The notes below the pieces were generated by a model, which was given only the letters and a program-made list of their open reading frames with translations, did no database searches and had not been told where the DNA came from. Of a stretch of 60,533 nt of DNA, positions 37,856 to 47,758 are shown piece after piece; the first letter of the stretch is position 1, and every line of letters begins with the position of its first letter. The stretch is from an uncultured Eubacteriales bacterium (lineage in GTDB: Bacteria; Bacillota; Clostridia; Oscillospirales; Acutalibacteraceae): positions 5,291-65,823 of the forward strand of contig CAZTLU010000001.1 in the NCBI GenBank assembly GCA_964614605.1, in the 5' to 3' direction. A program made the translations under genes and the position numbers.

Positions 37856-39265
37856 TTATTTTGTGTTTCTTGGTAAAATCAAAGCAGTATGCGTACCTTC
37901 GCCGATTTTACTCTCAATAAGCATTTCACCGCCATGAAGCTTAATTATTTCATCAGTAACCGCCAATCCAATACCACTTCCGCGGGCACTGTTATTTGCT
38001 TTATAAAACTTTTCACGAATTCTTGGTAAATCGTTCTTTGAGATACCGCAACCATTATCAGAAATACTGATTTTCACAGTTTTGTTGGTGCATTCAAACT
38101 GCACCTTTACAAATCCGCCTTTTTTATTGTACTTAAAGCTATTGTCAATGATGTTAACAAAAGCCTGTTTAAGTCTGTTTTTATCTCCTGTGATATTGAT
38201 TGCATTTTGCGGAATATCAACTATAAGCTCAATCCCCTCTCGCTCTGAACGCTCGCGGAAAACCTCGAGCACCTCGGAAAGCTCTTTAACAATATCAATT
38301 CGCGAAGTTTTAAGTGTCATTTTGCCGCTTTCCATACGCGAGAAATCGAGAAGTTCTTCAACTAAATCTGTAAGGCGTTCTGATTCATTGACAATTACAT
38401 TGATTCCTTTATCAACAATTTCGTCATTTTCTTTTGCATAACGAATTGTCTCGCCCCAGCCCTTGATGGCTGTTAAAGGGGTTCGCAATTCGTGGGAAAC
38501 AGTAGATATGAATTCATTTTTCATTCTTTCAGTTTCGCTGATTTCGCGAGCCATATTATTTATTGTATCGCACAACTGACCAATTTCGTCATCATATTTA
38601 TACTTTTCAATTGAAGCCTTGAAATCACCTTTTGCAATTTTAGATGCGGTTTCATTGATTTTTCTGACGGGTCTGATAATAGAATTGATAAAGAACGCAC
38701 CCGAAAGAACGACAAAACCTACAAAAATTAGAACTAAAAAGAATATGAAAATCCATATTTTCCAAAGCTGTGCGTCAATATCTTCAAGTGAAATTATATA
38801 ACGCACTGCACCGCCGACGCTATTTTCATTTTCCGGCAAAATATAGGTCATTGCCATAACCTTTTCGCCGTTTTGCATTTCACCTATCCACTCTGCTTTG
38901 CCGCTTTCATCTGCTTTTGCATATTTGTAATCGGGATAGCTTTCACCTTTAACCGAAAAGCCCGTTGACGAAACGACCACTTTGCCGTTTTTATCAATTA
39001 CCCATACTTCCATAATGTTTTTATCGGAAAAATTGTCAACAAAGTTCTTACTCATTTTGATAAAATTTTCGTCGCTGACAGGTGTGGAAGAATTGAAATT
39101 AGACAAAACCATTGTGGTCGCACGAGAATTAAGAGTCATTCTGACTGAATTATAATACTGTGTTTTAAAAATATAACCGATTACAATGCCGATAATAATA
39201 ATCAACACAATAATTCCCGTAAGTACAGTTAATGACCATCGTTTAACAATACTGTTTTTTATCAT
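37856..39265 (-). CDS. Sensor histidine kinase (two TM helices, HAMP, HisKA, HATPase_c)
   Basis: FISTVSHELRTPLTAI H-box, N-box, and G-boxes DNGCGI and GSGIGLA. ATG at 39265 is 5 nt after GGTGGTG. Confidence 0.9.
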   Translation of the reverse strand: MIKNSIVKRWSLTVLTGIIVLIIIIGIVIGYIFKTQYYNSVRMTLNSRATTMVLSNFNSSTPVSDENFIKMSKNFVDNFSDKNIMEVWVIDKNGKVVVSSTGFSVKGESYPDYKYAKADESGKAEWIGEMQNGEKVMAMTYILPENENSVGGAVRYIISLEDIDAQLWKIWIFIFFLVLIFVGFVVLSGAFFINSIIRPVRKINETASKIAKGDFKASIEKYKYDDEIGQLCDTINNMAREISETERMKNEFISTVSHELRTPLTAIKGWGETIRYAKENDEIVDKGINVIVNESERLTDLVEELLDFSRMESGKMTLKTSRIDIVKELSEVLEVFRERSEREGIELIVDIPQNAINITGDKNRLKQAFVNIIDNSFKYNKKGGFVKVQFECTNKTVKISISDNGCGISKNDLPRIREKFYKANNSARGSGIGLAVTDEIIKLHGGEMLIESKIGEGTHTALILPRNTK

Positions 39266-39297
39266 ATCGGCACCACCTTTCAATACATTTTATAATT

Positions 39298-40002
39298 TTA
39301 AATCATCCACTTATAGCCCATACCCCAGATGGTTGTCAAATGCTTGGGCTGTGAAGGCTCGTCTTCAATTTTATTTCTTAACCTATGTATGTTTACATCG
39401 ACTACCTTTTCGTCGCCGTAATATGACTCGCCCCAGACAAATTTTAAAATTTCATTTCGGTCAAGAGCCACATTGGGATTTGAAAAAAAGTATTCCATAA
39501 TTTGAAATTCAACTTGAGTCAAATCTATTGGCACACCATTTTTTGTCAAGGTGTGACTTCTCAAATCCAGCACAAACTCATTAAGAGAAATTGAATTATC
39601 AATTGTTTTTTCAACAGCATTTTCGGCAGTAAGCGACACTCGTCTGTAAACTGCGTCAATTCTTGCCATAAGCTCTGACGGTGAAAAGGGCTTAGTAACA
39701 TAATCATCGGCGCCCACCATCAGTCCTGTTACCTTATCCATTTCTTGTGTTCTTGCGGTAAGCATAATAATACCAAGACGCTTGCTTTTGTTACGAAGGT
39801 ATTTACACACTTCAAGCCCATCAATAACGGGCATCATAATATCAAGAATTGCTATGTCAATTTCGTTGCTGTGTTCGTCAAAAAGCTTTATCGCTTCTTC
39901 TCCATTTGAAGCTTCAAAAACCTCGTATCCGCTACGTTTTAAATTGATTACAACAAAATCGCGGATAGAAGCTTCGTCTTCTGCAATTAAAACACATTTC
40001 AT
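39298..40002 (-). CDS. OmpR-family response regulator
   Basis: Receiver domain (IAEDE, DIMMP, K at TKPF) and winged-helix C-terminus (VDVNIHRLRNKIE...TIWGMGYK). Confidence 0.93.
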   Translation of the reverse strand: MKCVLIAEDEASIRDFVVINLKRSGYEVFEASNGEEAIKLFDEHSNEIDIAILDIMMPVIDGLEVCKYLRNKSKRLGIIMLTARTQEMDKVTGLMVGADDYVTKPFSPSELMARIDAVYRRVSLTAENAVEKTIDNSISLNEFVLDLRSHTLTKNGVPIDLTQVEFQIMEYFFSNPNVALDRNEILKFVWGESYYGDEKVVDVNIHRLRNKIEDEPSQPKHLTTIWGMGYKWMI

Positions 40003-40005
40003 AAA

Positions 40006-41385
40006 TTACACCTGCTCTGTAATAACAAAATTTTCATTAATAAATTCAACAATGCTCTCGGAATTCACATTATCAAGCATTAAATAGCCATACACATACG
40101 CGCCTTTTTCATCAAGCTTGGTATATCCAAAATCATTTTCATCCCAATTGAGCTTTGAAAAGGCTCTGACAGAAAACAGCTCACTGCCAAGCGTACCGTT
40201 TTCATCAAGGGAATGGAAGGTAAGCGTCGTTGTATCTGTATTATAAACAACCGTAATTTTTTCAATTGCATCTTCAGAAAATACAAACATATAACCATAA
40301 GTTGAATTCAGTAAACATTTAAAATCGGCAACCACCGAGTTTTCCTGAAGTTCAGACCAAACAGTAAGATTCAAGGGCATTGCTTCGTCAACATCAGCAG
40401 AAATACTTGTTCCTGATGTTAATGTTTCAAGAGTAGGTATTTCAACAATTCCGTCATTATCTATGTCTTGCGAGTTTGTACGCACATCACGAAGAGTAAG
40501 CGGAGCTTCTGAAATGTTGCTTTCATACAACGGCAATTTGATTGCAAAATCGCTATGAGAAATATCAATTACCTCTGTAAGAACACCTGTTTCACTTATG
40601 AGGCCGTCGACATAAAGTCTTGTGTGCACCACATCTTCCGAAACATAGTTATCGGTTACGATATTTAAAATCTCTAACATACCGGTCATTGTGAATTCTT
40701 CTTCATTAGCAACCTCATATGCTGAATTAAAGCTGATTATTCTACCGACAGTGCTCTTTGTCTGATTTGAAAGGTCTATATTCAATACAAAAAGTTCATC
40801 ACTATTATCACCATTCAAGTCATCAACAAAAGCCTTTGTAAACACTTCAGTTTTTATTAAAGTTAAAGCGCTGCCGTTATAACTATAAATTGTCATTGTA
40901 CGGTTACGCGATGAACCGAAATCAGAAAAACTTGTAAGCTCGACTTGCGAGGTGGAACTCCAGCTTATAACAAGCTCCATAACTCCATCGCCGTTAATAT
41001 CGGCAAAATTGACCTCGTAAATATCAGTTCCTCTGCCCTTTATATTTGAAATGCACGACCAATTACCATCAATTTTTTTAAAGGTACTCACATACGCAAC
41101 ATCTTCAATAGCCGGGTCAGAAAAGAAAACAAAAGCTTCTTGAATTCCGTCATTATCAAGGTCATAAAACAAATATGATGAACGGTTGTCACCACTCATC
41201 GGCGTCTTCATAATAACACTTTCACTATATTTGACGGAATCTTCAAATGCTTCTTGCAAAAGACTACTGTCGCCGCTCAATTTCGGTGGCCGCATAAGAC
41301 TATCAACCGAAGCAATATTAAAATCGCAACCCGACAAGGAAAGACAGACAACTGCCACAACAAGAATTGATATTATTTTTTTCAT
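40006..41385 (-). CDS. Lipoprotein with four DxDxDG (FG-GAP/VCBS-like) repeats
   Basis: Lipobox LSLSGC. Repeats DLDNDGIQE, DINGDGVMEL, DLNGDNSDEL, DIDNDGIVEI. Confidence 0.55.
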   Translation of the reverse strand: MKKIISILVVAVVCLSLSGCDFNIASVDSLMRPPKLSGDSSLLQEAFEDSVKYSESVIMKTPMSGDNRSSYLFYDLDNDGIQEAFVFFSDPAIEDVAYVSTFKKIDGNWSCISNIKGRGTDIYEVNFADINGDGVMELVISWSSTSQVELTSFSDFGSSRNRTMTIYSYNGSALTLIKTEVFTKAFVDDLNGDNSDELFVLNIDLSNQTKSTVGRIISFNSAYEVANEEEFTMTGMLEILNIVTDNYVSEDVVHTRLYVDGLISETGVLTEVIDISHSDFAIKLPLYESNISEAPLTLRDVRTNSQDIDNDGIVEIPTLETLTSGTSISADVDEAMPLNLTVWSELQENSVVADFKCLLNSTYGYMFVFSEDAIEKITVVYNTDTTTLTFHSLDENGTLGSELFSVRAFSKLNWDENDFGYTKLDEKGAYVYGYLMLDNVNSESIVEFINENFVITEQV

Positions 41386-41404
41386 TGTCTGTCACCTCTC
41401 TTTT

Positions 41405-42718
41405 TTATTCCGTTGCTTCTACTAAAACTTTAATATCGTACTTACCGAATGCCCAGCAATCGTATTCACTACTAACAATTACAGTACCTTGTAATGTTTT
41501 TGTGTCAGCAGTAATTGTTTTATCTGTTGTGTCAAGTTCAATTGCCAAATCATCAGCAGTTATCAAATCAATGTCTTCTTGCGGACCAACAAGTGTAACA
41601 GTGATATCCTTTGTTGTATTAAGAGTTACATTAAAATCGTCACGCGAATTCTTGATTGTGATGCTCGTTACGGGAACTGAAAGAGTTTTTGAACTCATTG
41701 AAGAAGCATTAATGGTGATTTTAAAACGCTTTACGCTTGAATCCGTAATTTTATATGAATTTATTGTGTCGGCATCAACCGTAAAAGTATTATAACTGTC
41801 TGCAATATCTGCAAAATCAATTGTGTCAACTATAAATGACTTTGTTGTTTCAACTGCATCAACAGGAATAGCAACCTTGACGCTTGACGGACTTACAGTA
41901 TATTTCATAGGATTGCTTATGAATCCTGAAGGGGCATTTTTAAATTCAACTGCAGTTGGTAATGTTACAACCTTTAAAACGGGAACAGTCATTGTAATAT
42001 CGTCAACTGTGTTTATTCTTGAATATTCAAGTGTAGAACCATCATTTGTAATTATTTTAATTTCGGGGTCAAAAGTTGTTGTTTTTTCAAGCACTTTATC
42101 AACATTTACAGCGGCTGAAACGCTATTTATTCTGTTAATTTCAGTTGCAGGACCGCTAATAAGCACCGTGTTTTTTGAGAACACCACATCACCGAGAAGG
42201 CAATCATCAGGAACAATCGAGTCAAGTGCGGACTCTATATTGGAGGATAGCGCCATTTCAACTTCTTTGTATGTATCAAAATACACCTCTATGTACGTCG
42301 ATGATGAAGACGCAATTGTAAAATCATCAGAACTATCCTTAGGTGTAATTTTAAGTTGAAGGGTTTTTGTGCCTGAGCTGTCAACATAATTTGTATTTGC
42401 TACAACATCAATATCATTTGCATCCAGTGATGAGAGAATATATTTTTTACCTTTAACAGTAACATCAACAGTAAACTCAGATTCACCAAAAATCTGTAAG
42501 CCTAACTGCTCGGGAATACTGTTTTCAAGGTTAATCTGCACGGGAATTCCGGTTATTACCTTTGTAACCTCTGGACTTTTTTCAATTGCTACCCACATCC
42601 ACAAAGCGAATGAGATTAGAATAGAAGCAATCATTAAAAAGCGGTTATTTCTGATTAAGGCAGAAAAGGAAAATCCCGACTTTTTAGCATAATCTTTTTT
42701 ATTTTCCATTTTTTCCAC
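41405..42718 (-). CDS. cdaR: YbbR-domain protein CdaR (diadenylate cyclase regulator)
   Basis: N-terminal TM helix then repeated YbbR-like beta-rich modules; overlaps and follows cdaA. Confidence 0.85.
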   Translation of the reverse strand: MEKMENKKDYAKKSGFSFSALIRNNRFLMIASILISFALWMWVAIEKSPEVTKVITGIPVQINLENSIPEQLGLQIFGESEFTVDVTVKGKKYILSSLDANDIDVVANTNYVDSSGTKTLQLKITPKDSSDDFTIASSSSTYIEVYFDTYKEVEMALSSNIESALDSIVPDDCLLGDVVFSKNTVLISGPATEINRINSVSAAVNVDKVLEKTTTFDPEIKIITNDGSTLEYSRINTVDDITMTVPVLKVVTLPTAVEFKNAPSGFISNPMKYTVSPSSVKVAIPVDAVETTKSFIVDTIDFADIADSYNTFTVDADTINSYKITDSSVKRFKITINASSMSSKTLSVPVTSITIKNSRDDFNVTLNTTKDITVTLVGPQEDIDLITADDLAIELDTTDKTITADTKTLQGTVIVSSEYDCWAFGKYDIKVLVEATE

Positions 42719-43580
42719 CTCTCAAAATCTTCTTTAATTTACTTGTATCGCTATCATTTTCATTTGTAAAATTCTTAGTGAGAATTTCTCGAAGGTCACC
42801 AACAGAAATATTTCTCTTAAGGGTTCCTTTTTCAGCCACCGAAATTGCTCCGGTTTCTTCTGAAACAACAACTACTATGGCGTCACTTGTTTCACTAATA
42901 CCGATAGCAGCACGGTGCCTTGTGCCTAATTCACTGCTCAACTGTGTGTTGCTTGTCAACGGCAAAATACAACCTGCTGAAACAACTCTGCCATTTTTAA
43001 TTACTGTCGCACCATCGTGCATGGGTGCTTTCGGGAAGAATATATTGCCGATAAGCTCTGTTGTAACCTTCGCATCAAGCTGCGTTCCGGTTTTTGAAAT
43101 TTCCCCTAACAAAGTTTCTTTTTCAAAAACAATCAGAGCACCGATTTGCTTGTCGCTCATATCAGTACAAGCACGGCAAACACTGTTAATTGAATTTTTA
43201 ATATTTTCCTGAAGCTCGGTTTCATCTTTATTTTTAAAGTTCAAAATATTTAAAACAGATACGGAGCTTCTGCCCATACTCTCAAGTGCGTGACGAATTT
43301 CAGGAGCAAAAATTACAACAAGAATCATAATCATATTACCGAAAATAAAGCTTAAGATAAATTCACTTGCCTGCATCTCGAAAAGTGTTACTACAAGATA
43401 GATTCCCGCAAGTAAAAGCACACCCTTTGCAAGCTGAAACGCACGGGTTTCACGAATAAGCTTGATTGCACTGTAAATGACAAAAGCGACAAGCAATACA
43501 TCAAGCAAATCACTTATACCGTTAAATGACAGCAACGCTCTTTTAACCTGCTCAAATAACTCCATAAAAAAATCTGCCAT
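42699..43580 (-). CDS. cdaA: Membrane diadenylate cyclase CdaA (DisA_N/DAC domain)
   Basis: Three N-terminal TM helices, DAC blocks GALIVFE, DGA, LGTRHRAA, VVVSEETG. Start ambiguous: ATG 43580 (MADFF) or 43598 (MSEKII). The 43688 extension was rejected. Confidence 0.9.
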   Translation of the reverse strand: MADFFMELFEQVKRALLSFNGISDLLDVLLVAFVIYSAIKLIRETRAFQLAKGVLLLAGIYLVVTLFEMQASEFILSFIFGNMIMILVVIFAPEIRHALESMGRSSVSVLNILNFKNKDETELQENIKNSINSVCRACTDMSDKQIGALIVFEKETLLGEISKTGTQLDAKVTTELIGNIFFPKAPMHDGATVIKNGRVVSAGCILPLTSNTQLSSELGTRHRAAIGISETSDAIVVVVSEETGAISVAEKGTLKRNISVGDLREILTKNFTNENDSDTSKLKKILRGGKNGK

Positions 43581-43696
43581 AATAATTTTCTCACTCATTT
43601 CAAAATAAAAATACAATATATTGTAAAAAATCCGTAAACAAAGTGTTAAATACCTACGGATATACATATTCACAATATATTGTATCACAACTTATT

Positions 43697-44839
43697 CTAT
43701 TTTGCAATTTTTCTGACAGAATTTATTAAAAAATCTATATCACTTTTTTTAGTATAAACTGACGGTGAAATCCTTACTGTCCCTGTGTCTTCAGTTCTAA
43801 ATTTTCGGTGAGCCAACGGAGCACAATGAAGCCCCGCCCTGACAGCGATACCGTCTGCCGAAAGCAGAGCCGCAACCTCTTCACTATGCATATTTTTCAC
43901 ATTAAAAGAAACTATTGGCATTAAGTTTTGTCTTCGGTCAAAAAAGTCTGTATATAAAATTACATTTTTATTTTGCTGAAGTCTGCTTTGTAAATATCTC
44001 ATCAATGAAATTTCATGATGATAAATGTTCTCAACACCAATATTTTTAATATAATCAACGGCTTTTGAAAGCCCTATAATACCCTGCACATTAGGAGTTC
44101 CGCTTTCAAAGCGGTCGGGTAAATTTTCGGGTTGATTATTGTCAGCAGAATTACTGCCCGTACCGCCCTCAACAATTGTGTCAAGGTAAATTTCATCCTT
44201 TAATATCATAACACCCGTACCTGCAGGTCCCATAAGACCTTTGTGCCCCGCACAACAGATAATATCAATTTCATCACGCATCATATTGATAGGCAAAGAG
44301 CCTGCAATTTGCGCACAATCCATAATAAAAATCAAATTATTACGGTGTGCAAGTCTTGCAAGAAGTCTGTATGGCGGAATAATTCCGAAAACGTTTGATG
44401 CACCCGTACAGATAATTGCCACTGTATTTTCGTTTATACAGTTTTTGAAATTTTGCACAGTTTTGTACGCATCAAATTCCACTCGTGCAATGCTGTAATC
44501 GGCAATCCCATCTTTTTTGAGTTTTGCTACAGGTCTGAAAACCGCATTATGCTCTAAATCGGAAATCACAAAATGAGAGCCAGCTTTTGCAAGCCCTTTT
44601 ACAGCCATATTCAAAGCCGTTGTACAGTTATATGTGATAATAACATTTTCCACCGACGGCGCGCCGAACATATCTGCCAGCTTTTTGCGACAAAGATAAA
44701 TCTGCTCGGTGGTTTCAAGCGCCATATCATAAGCACCGCGACCCGAATTGCCTCCGAATTTATTATAGGCTTCAAAAACAGACTGAACAACACTTTTTGG
44801 TTTTGGATATGAAGTCGCACTGTTATCAAGATAAATCAA
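43697..44839 (-). CDS. Class V aminotransferase-fold cysteine desulfurase family enzyme
   Basis: YLDNSATSYPKP, PLP-lysine block CAGHKGLMGP, RAGLHCAP active-site Cys loop. Confidence 0.82.
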   Translation of the reverse strand: MIYLDNSATSYPKPKSVVQSVFEAYNKFGGNSGRGAYDMALETTEQIYLCRKKLADMFGAPSVENVIITYNCTTALNMAVKGLAKAGSHFVISDLEHNAVFRPVAKLKKDGIADYSIARVEFDAYKTVQNFKNCINENTVAIICTGASNVFGIIPPYRLLARLAHRNNLIFIMDCAQIAGSLPINMMRDEIDIICCAGHKGLMGPAGTGVMILKDEIYLDTIVEGGTGSNSADNNQPENLPDRFESGTPNVQGIIGLSKAVDYIKNIGVENIYHHEISLMRYLQSRLQQNKNVILYTDFFDRRQNLMPIVSFNVKNMHSEEVAALLSADGIAVRAGLHCAPLAHRKFRTEDTGTVRISPSVYTKKSDIDFLINSVRKIAK

Positions 44840-45058
44840 TTATATCATCTCATATCCGATATATTTCACTCTGTTCAAATTAAGCATATTGATAATTTTT
44901 TCTGCATTTCCGGTAACAATAAGACTATAGCCGCAACCCTCATTTTTTCTTGGATTAGGATTTTTTCTTATAGTTACTTTACCTCCGTTTTTTTCAGCTA
45001 TTTCCTTTGCTTTTAAGGCGTATGTCACGGAGGAAAACCTTATTATAGCTTTATTCAT
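44840..45058 (-). CDS. DUF3343 (putative Se/S carrier-like) small protein
   Basis: 72 aa starting MNKAIIRFSS, with the conserved GCGYS motif. ATG is 6 nt after GGTGGTG; abuts the desulfurase start. Confidence 0.7.
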   Translation of the reverse strand: MNKAIIRFSSVTYALKAKEIAEKNGGKVTIRKNPNPRKNEGCGYSLIVTGNAEKIINMLNLNRVKYIGYEMI

Positions 45059-45099
45059 TGTAAACACCACCTGTTCTATTTTATGGCGGTATTATTTTT

Positions 45100-45131
45100 T
45101 TGATAAAAGAAAAACCCGTCTTTGACGGGTT
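45100..45131 (-). terminator. Intrinsic terminator after ispF
   Basis: Minus strand reads AACCCGTC-AAA-GACGGGTT followed by TTTCTTTT. Confidence 0.8.
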
Positions 45132-45135
45132 GAGT

Positions 45136-45633
45136 TTATATAAACTTGATTTTTTTCTTTTCTTCTACAAGGCAAACACAGTGAGCGGCAATCCCCTCTT
45201 TTGCACCTGTAAATCCAAGCTTTTCTTCTGTTGTTGCCTTGACACTTACATAATTGATGGAGATTTCAAGAGCCTCTGCAATGTTTGCGCGCATTAAATC
45301 AATGTAAGGCGCAAGCTTTGGTGCTTGGGCGAGTACTGTAGCATCAATATTGTTGATTGAATAGCCCTTTGATTTAACAAGTGCAACAACTTTTTTGAGT
45401 AGCACAAGGCTATCTGCATTTTTAAAGCTTTCGTCTGTATCAGGGAAATGCTTACCAATATCGCCCAAAGCGCAGGCACCGAGAAGAGAATCAGAAATCG
45501 CGTGAAGCAACACATCTGCATCTGAATGTCCTAAAAGACCGATTCCGTTATTTTCAATTTCAACACCGCCAAGGATGAGCTTTCTGCCCTCAACAAGACG
45601 GTGAACATCGTAACCGTGACCGATTCTTAACAT
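45136..45633 (-). CDS. ispF: 2-C-methyl-D-erythritol 2,4-cyclodiphosphate synthase
   Basis: [28 protein letters not shown]. Confidence 0.95.
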   Translation of the reverse strand: MLRIGHGYDVHRLVEGRKLILGGVEIENNGIGLLGHSDADVLLHAISDSLLGACALGDIGKHFPDTDESFKNADSLVLLKKVVALVKSKGYSINNIDATVLAQAPKLAPYIDLMRANIAEALEISINYVSVKATTEEKLGFTGAKEGIAAHCVCLVEEKKKIKFI

Positions 45634-45635
45634 TT

Positions 45636-46331
45636 TTATTTCTCCCTTCGCGCAAGATAGGATTCTGCAAGAGCAATATCTTCAGGTGTAGTGATTTTTA
45701 TATTTTCATAATCACCGTCAACAAATTTCACTGTACCGCCATTTGCCTCAATAAGCATACAATCATCTGTAAAATCTTTACTGTTTGGTACATTTTCAAC
45801 TGCATTGAGATATAAAGACTTTGAAAAGATTTGCGGAGTTTGTACCGCACGCATAACACTGCGGTCAGGTGTTGAAATTATGTCATTAAGCTCATTTACG
45901 ACCTTAAGCGTATCTTTAACCCTCACTCCTGTTGTAGCAACACCACAATCAATTGCCATCGAAAGTGTGTCAGCAATAACCTTTTCAGTAACAAGAGGTC
46001 TTGCGCCGTCGTGAATAGCAACAAAATCTGCCTTTTCGTAACAAGCACAAACACCGTTATAAACGCTCAATTGTCTTGTTGCACCGCCTTCAACAATTTT
46101 GGCAACCTTTGAAAAACCGTACTTTTCAACAGTTTCTCTTATTGCTTCAATATCGGCAGCACGGGTAACAACAACAATTTCATCAATGTGCGAACAATCT
46201 TGGAAAGCCTTTATTGAGCGGGCAATAACTGACATATTTCCAATTTCAAGGAACTGCTTGTTTATTCCTCCCATTCTTGAGGAGTTACCCGCCGACACAA
46301 TAACGGCAGAAACGAAATATTCACCGCTCAT
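45636..46331 (-). CDS. ispD: 2-C-methyl-D-erythritol 4-phosphate cytidylyltransferase
   Basis: [30 protein letters not shown]. Confidence 0.93.
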   Translation of the reverse strand: MSGEYFVSAVIVSAGNSSRMGGINKQFLEIGNMSVIARSIKAFQDCSHIDEIVVVTRAADIEAIRETVEKYGFSKVAKIVEGGATRQLSVYNGVCACYEKADFVAIHDGARPLVTEKVIADTLSMAIDCGVATTGVRVKDTLKVVNELNDIISTPDRSVMRAVQTPQIFSKSLYLNAVENVPNSKDFTDDCMLIEANGGTVKFVDGDYENIKITTPEDIALAESYLARREK

Positions 46332-46344
46332 AATAATTCTCCAA

Positions 46345-47616
46345 TTATTTCAAAAGTTCTTCAACTGCCGCAAGCTTTGCACAAAGGCAGAATACTTCCA
46401 TTGCTTTTTCAAGATTTTCAATTGATGGGAATGTAGGTGCAATTCTGATGTTTTTATCCTCGGGGTCAACACCATAAGGATAAGTAGCACCTACAGTTGT
46501 GAGGATTAGACCCGCATTCTTACAAAGGTCACCAATTCTTTTTGCGCTACAACCAATAGTGTTATAACTGATAAAATATCCGCCCTTTGCATTAACCCAT
46601 TCGCCGATGCCGCAAGGCTTAATTTCTTTTTCAAGCATATTAAGCACTATATTGAATTTGGGCGCAATAATCTTTGCGTGTTTATCCATATGTGCTTTAA
46701 TTCCGTCAACATCTTTAAAATACTTAACATGACGAAGCTGATTAAGTTTGTCGTAGCTGATAGTCTGGAAATTAAGACGCTTTTTAATTTCTGCTATATT
46801 ATTATCCGATGCCGCAATTGCGGAAATGCCTGCGCCGGGGAAAGAAATCTTTGATGTTGATGTGAATTCAACGAAATAGTCCTCTGTTCCGTGTTCCTTA
46901 CAAGCCTCAAAAATATTTATAAGACTATCCGGAGTATCAGTTAATTCGTGAATAATGTAAGCATTATCCCAGATAACTCTGAAATCCTTTGCGACCGGCT
47001 TGAGAGCAGCAAGAGCCTTTACTCTTTCATCACTGTAAGTTACACCGTTTGGATTTGAATACTTCGGCACACAGAACATACCTTTTACCATTGGGTCTTT
47101 TACAAGTTCTGTAATTTTTTCAACATCGGGACCAAATTCATCCATATCAACAGAAATCATTTCAATACCGAAGAATTCTGTAATTGCAAAATGTCTGTCG
47201 TAGCCGGGGACATTGCATATAAACTTAACCTTGCCCTGCTTGCTCCAAGGCTCACACCCTGCAACACCAAGGTACATGCACTGATTAAGATAGTCAAACA
47301 TAAGATTAAGGCTTGATGAACCGCCGATAATAATGTTTTTAGGCTCAACCTCCAAAAGCTCGGCAAAGAGCTTTTTACACTCGGGGATTCCGTCAAGAAC
47401 ACCGTAGTTTCTGCAATCAAAACCGTTTTCTGCCTTACAGTCGTTTGCGTCTACCATTACATTAAGCATATCAACTGTCAAATCAAGCTGGTCAGCACCG
47501 GGCTTACCGCGGGACATATCAAGTGAAAGTCCTAATGACTTTACCTCTTCATATTTTTTATCAAGTTCACCTTTAAGTGAAATGAGTTCTTCTCTACTCA
47601 TCTGATTATAAAGCAT
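46345..47616 (-). CDS. Class I/II aminotransferase-fold PLP enzyme
   Basis: 423 aa with SRGKPG..QLDL, NPNG and TSTSKISFPGAGI (PLP Lys). Substrate not assignable by eye. Confidence 0.7.
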   Translation of the reverse strand: MLYNQMSREELISLKGELDKKYEEVKSLGLSLDMSRGKPGADQLDLTVDMLNVMVDANDCKAENGFDCRNYGVLDGIPECKKLFAELLEVEPKNIIIGGSSSLNLMFDYLNQCMYLGVAGCEPWSKQGKVKFICNVPGYDRHFAITEFFGIEMISVDMDEFGPDVEKITELVKDPMVKGMFCVPKYSNPNGVTYSDERVKALAALKPVAKDFRVIWDNAYIIHELTDTPDSLINIFEACKEHGTEDYFVEFTSTSKISFPGAGISAIAASDNNIAEIKKRLNFQTISYDKLNQLRHVKYFKDVDGIKAHMDKHAKIIAPKFNIVLNMLEKEIKPCGIGEWVNAKGGYFISYNTIGCSAKRIGDLCKNAGLILTTVGATYPYGVDPEDKNIRIAPTFPSIENLEKAMEVFCLCAKLAAVEELLK

Positions 47617-47645
47617 AGAATATCCTCCAAAACTAATTTCGCTAT

Positions 47646-47674
47646 ATTATATAGTATTAAAACATATTTTGCAA
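47646..47674 (-). promoter_or_regulatory. Sigma-A-type promoter for the aminotransferase-ispDF unit
   Basis: Minus strand reads TTGCAA-17 nt-TATAAT. Confidence 0.5.
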
Positions 47675-47758
47675 GCAAATAATTAAAAAACTGCATTTTC
47701 ATCAAATCTTGGCGATAAAAATACATATATTTGAATAAATCAACAATTAATTCTGCAA

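Noticed and set aside
41823-43212. Long antisense or alternative-frame ORFs in the track. Examples: 41823-42359 (178 aa), 42778-43212 (144 aa), 10269-10688 (139 aa), 32158-32622 (154 aa), 58311-78778-like 155 aa at 58311-58778, 19185-19586, 35910-36317 and 25517-25903.
   Set aside because: All lie wholly inside or opposite well-supported genes, have low-complexity S/T/L/I-rich translations, and lack SD sequences and recognisable motifs. They are shadow ORFs typical of AT-rich genomes.
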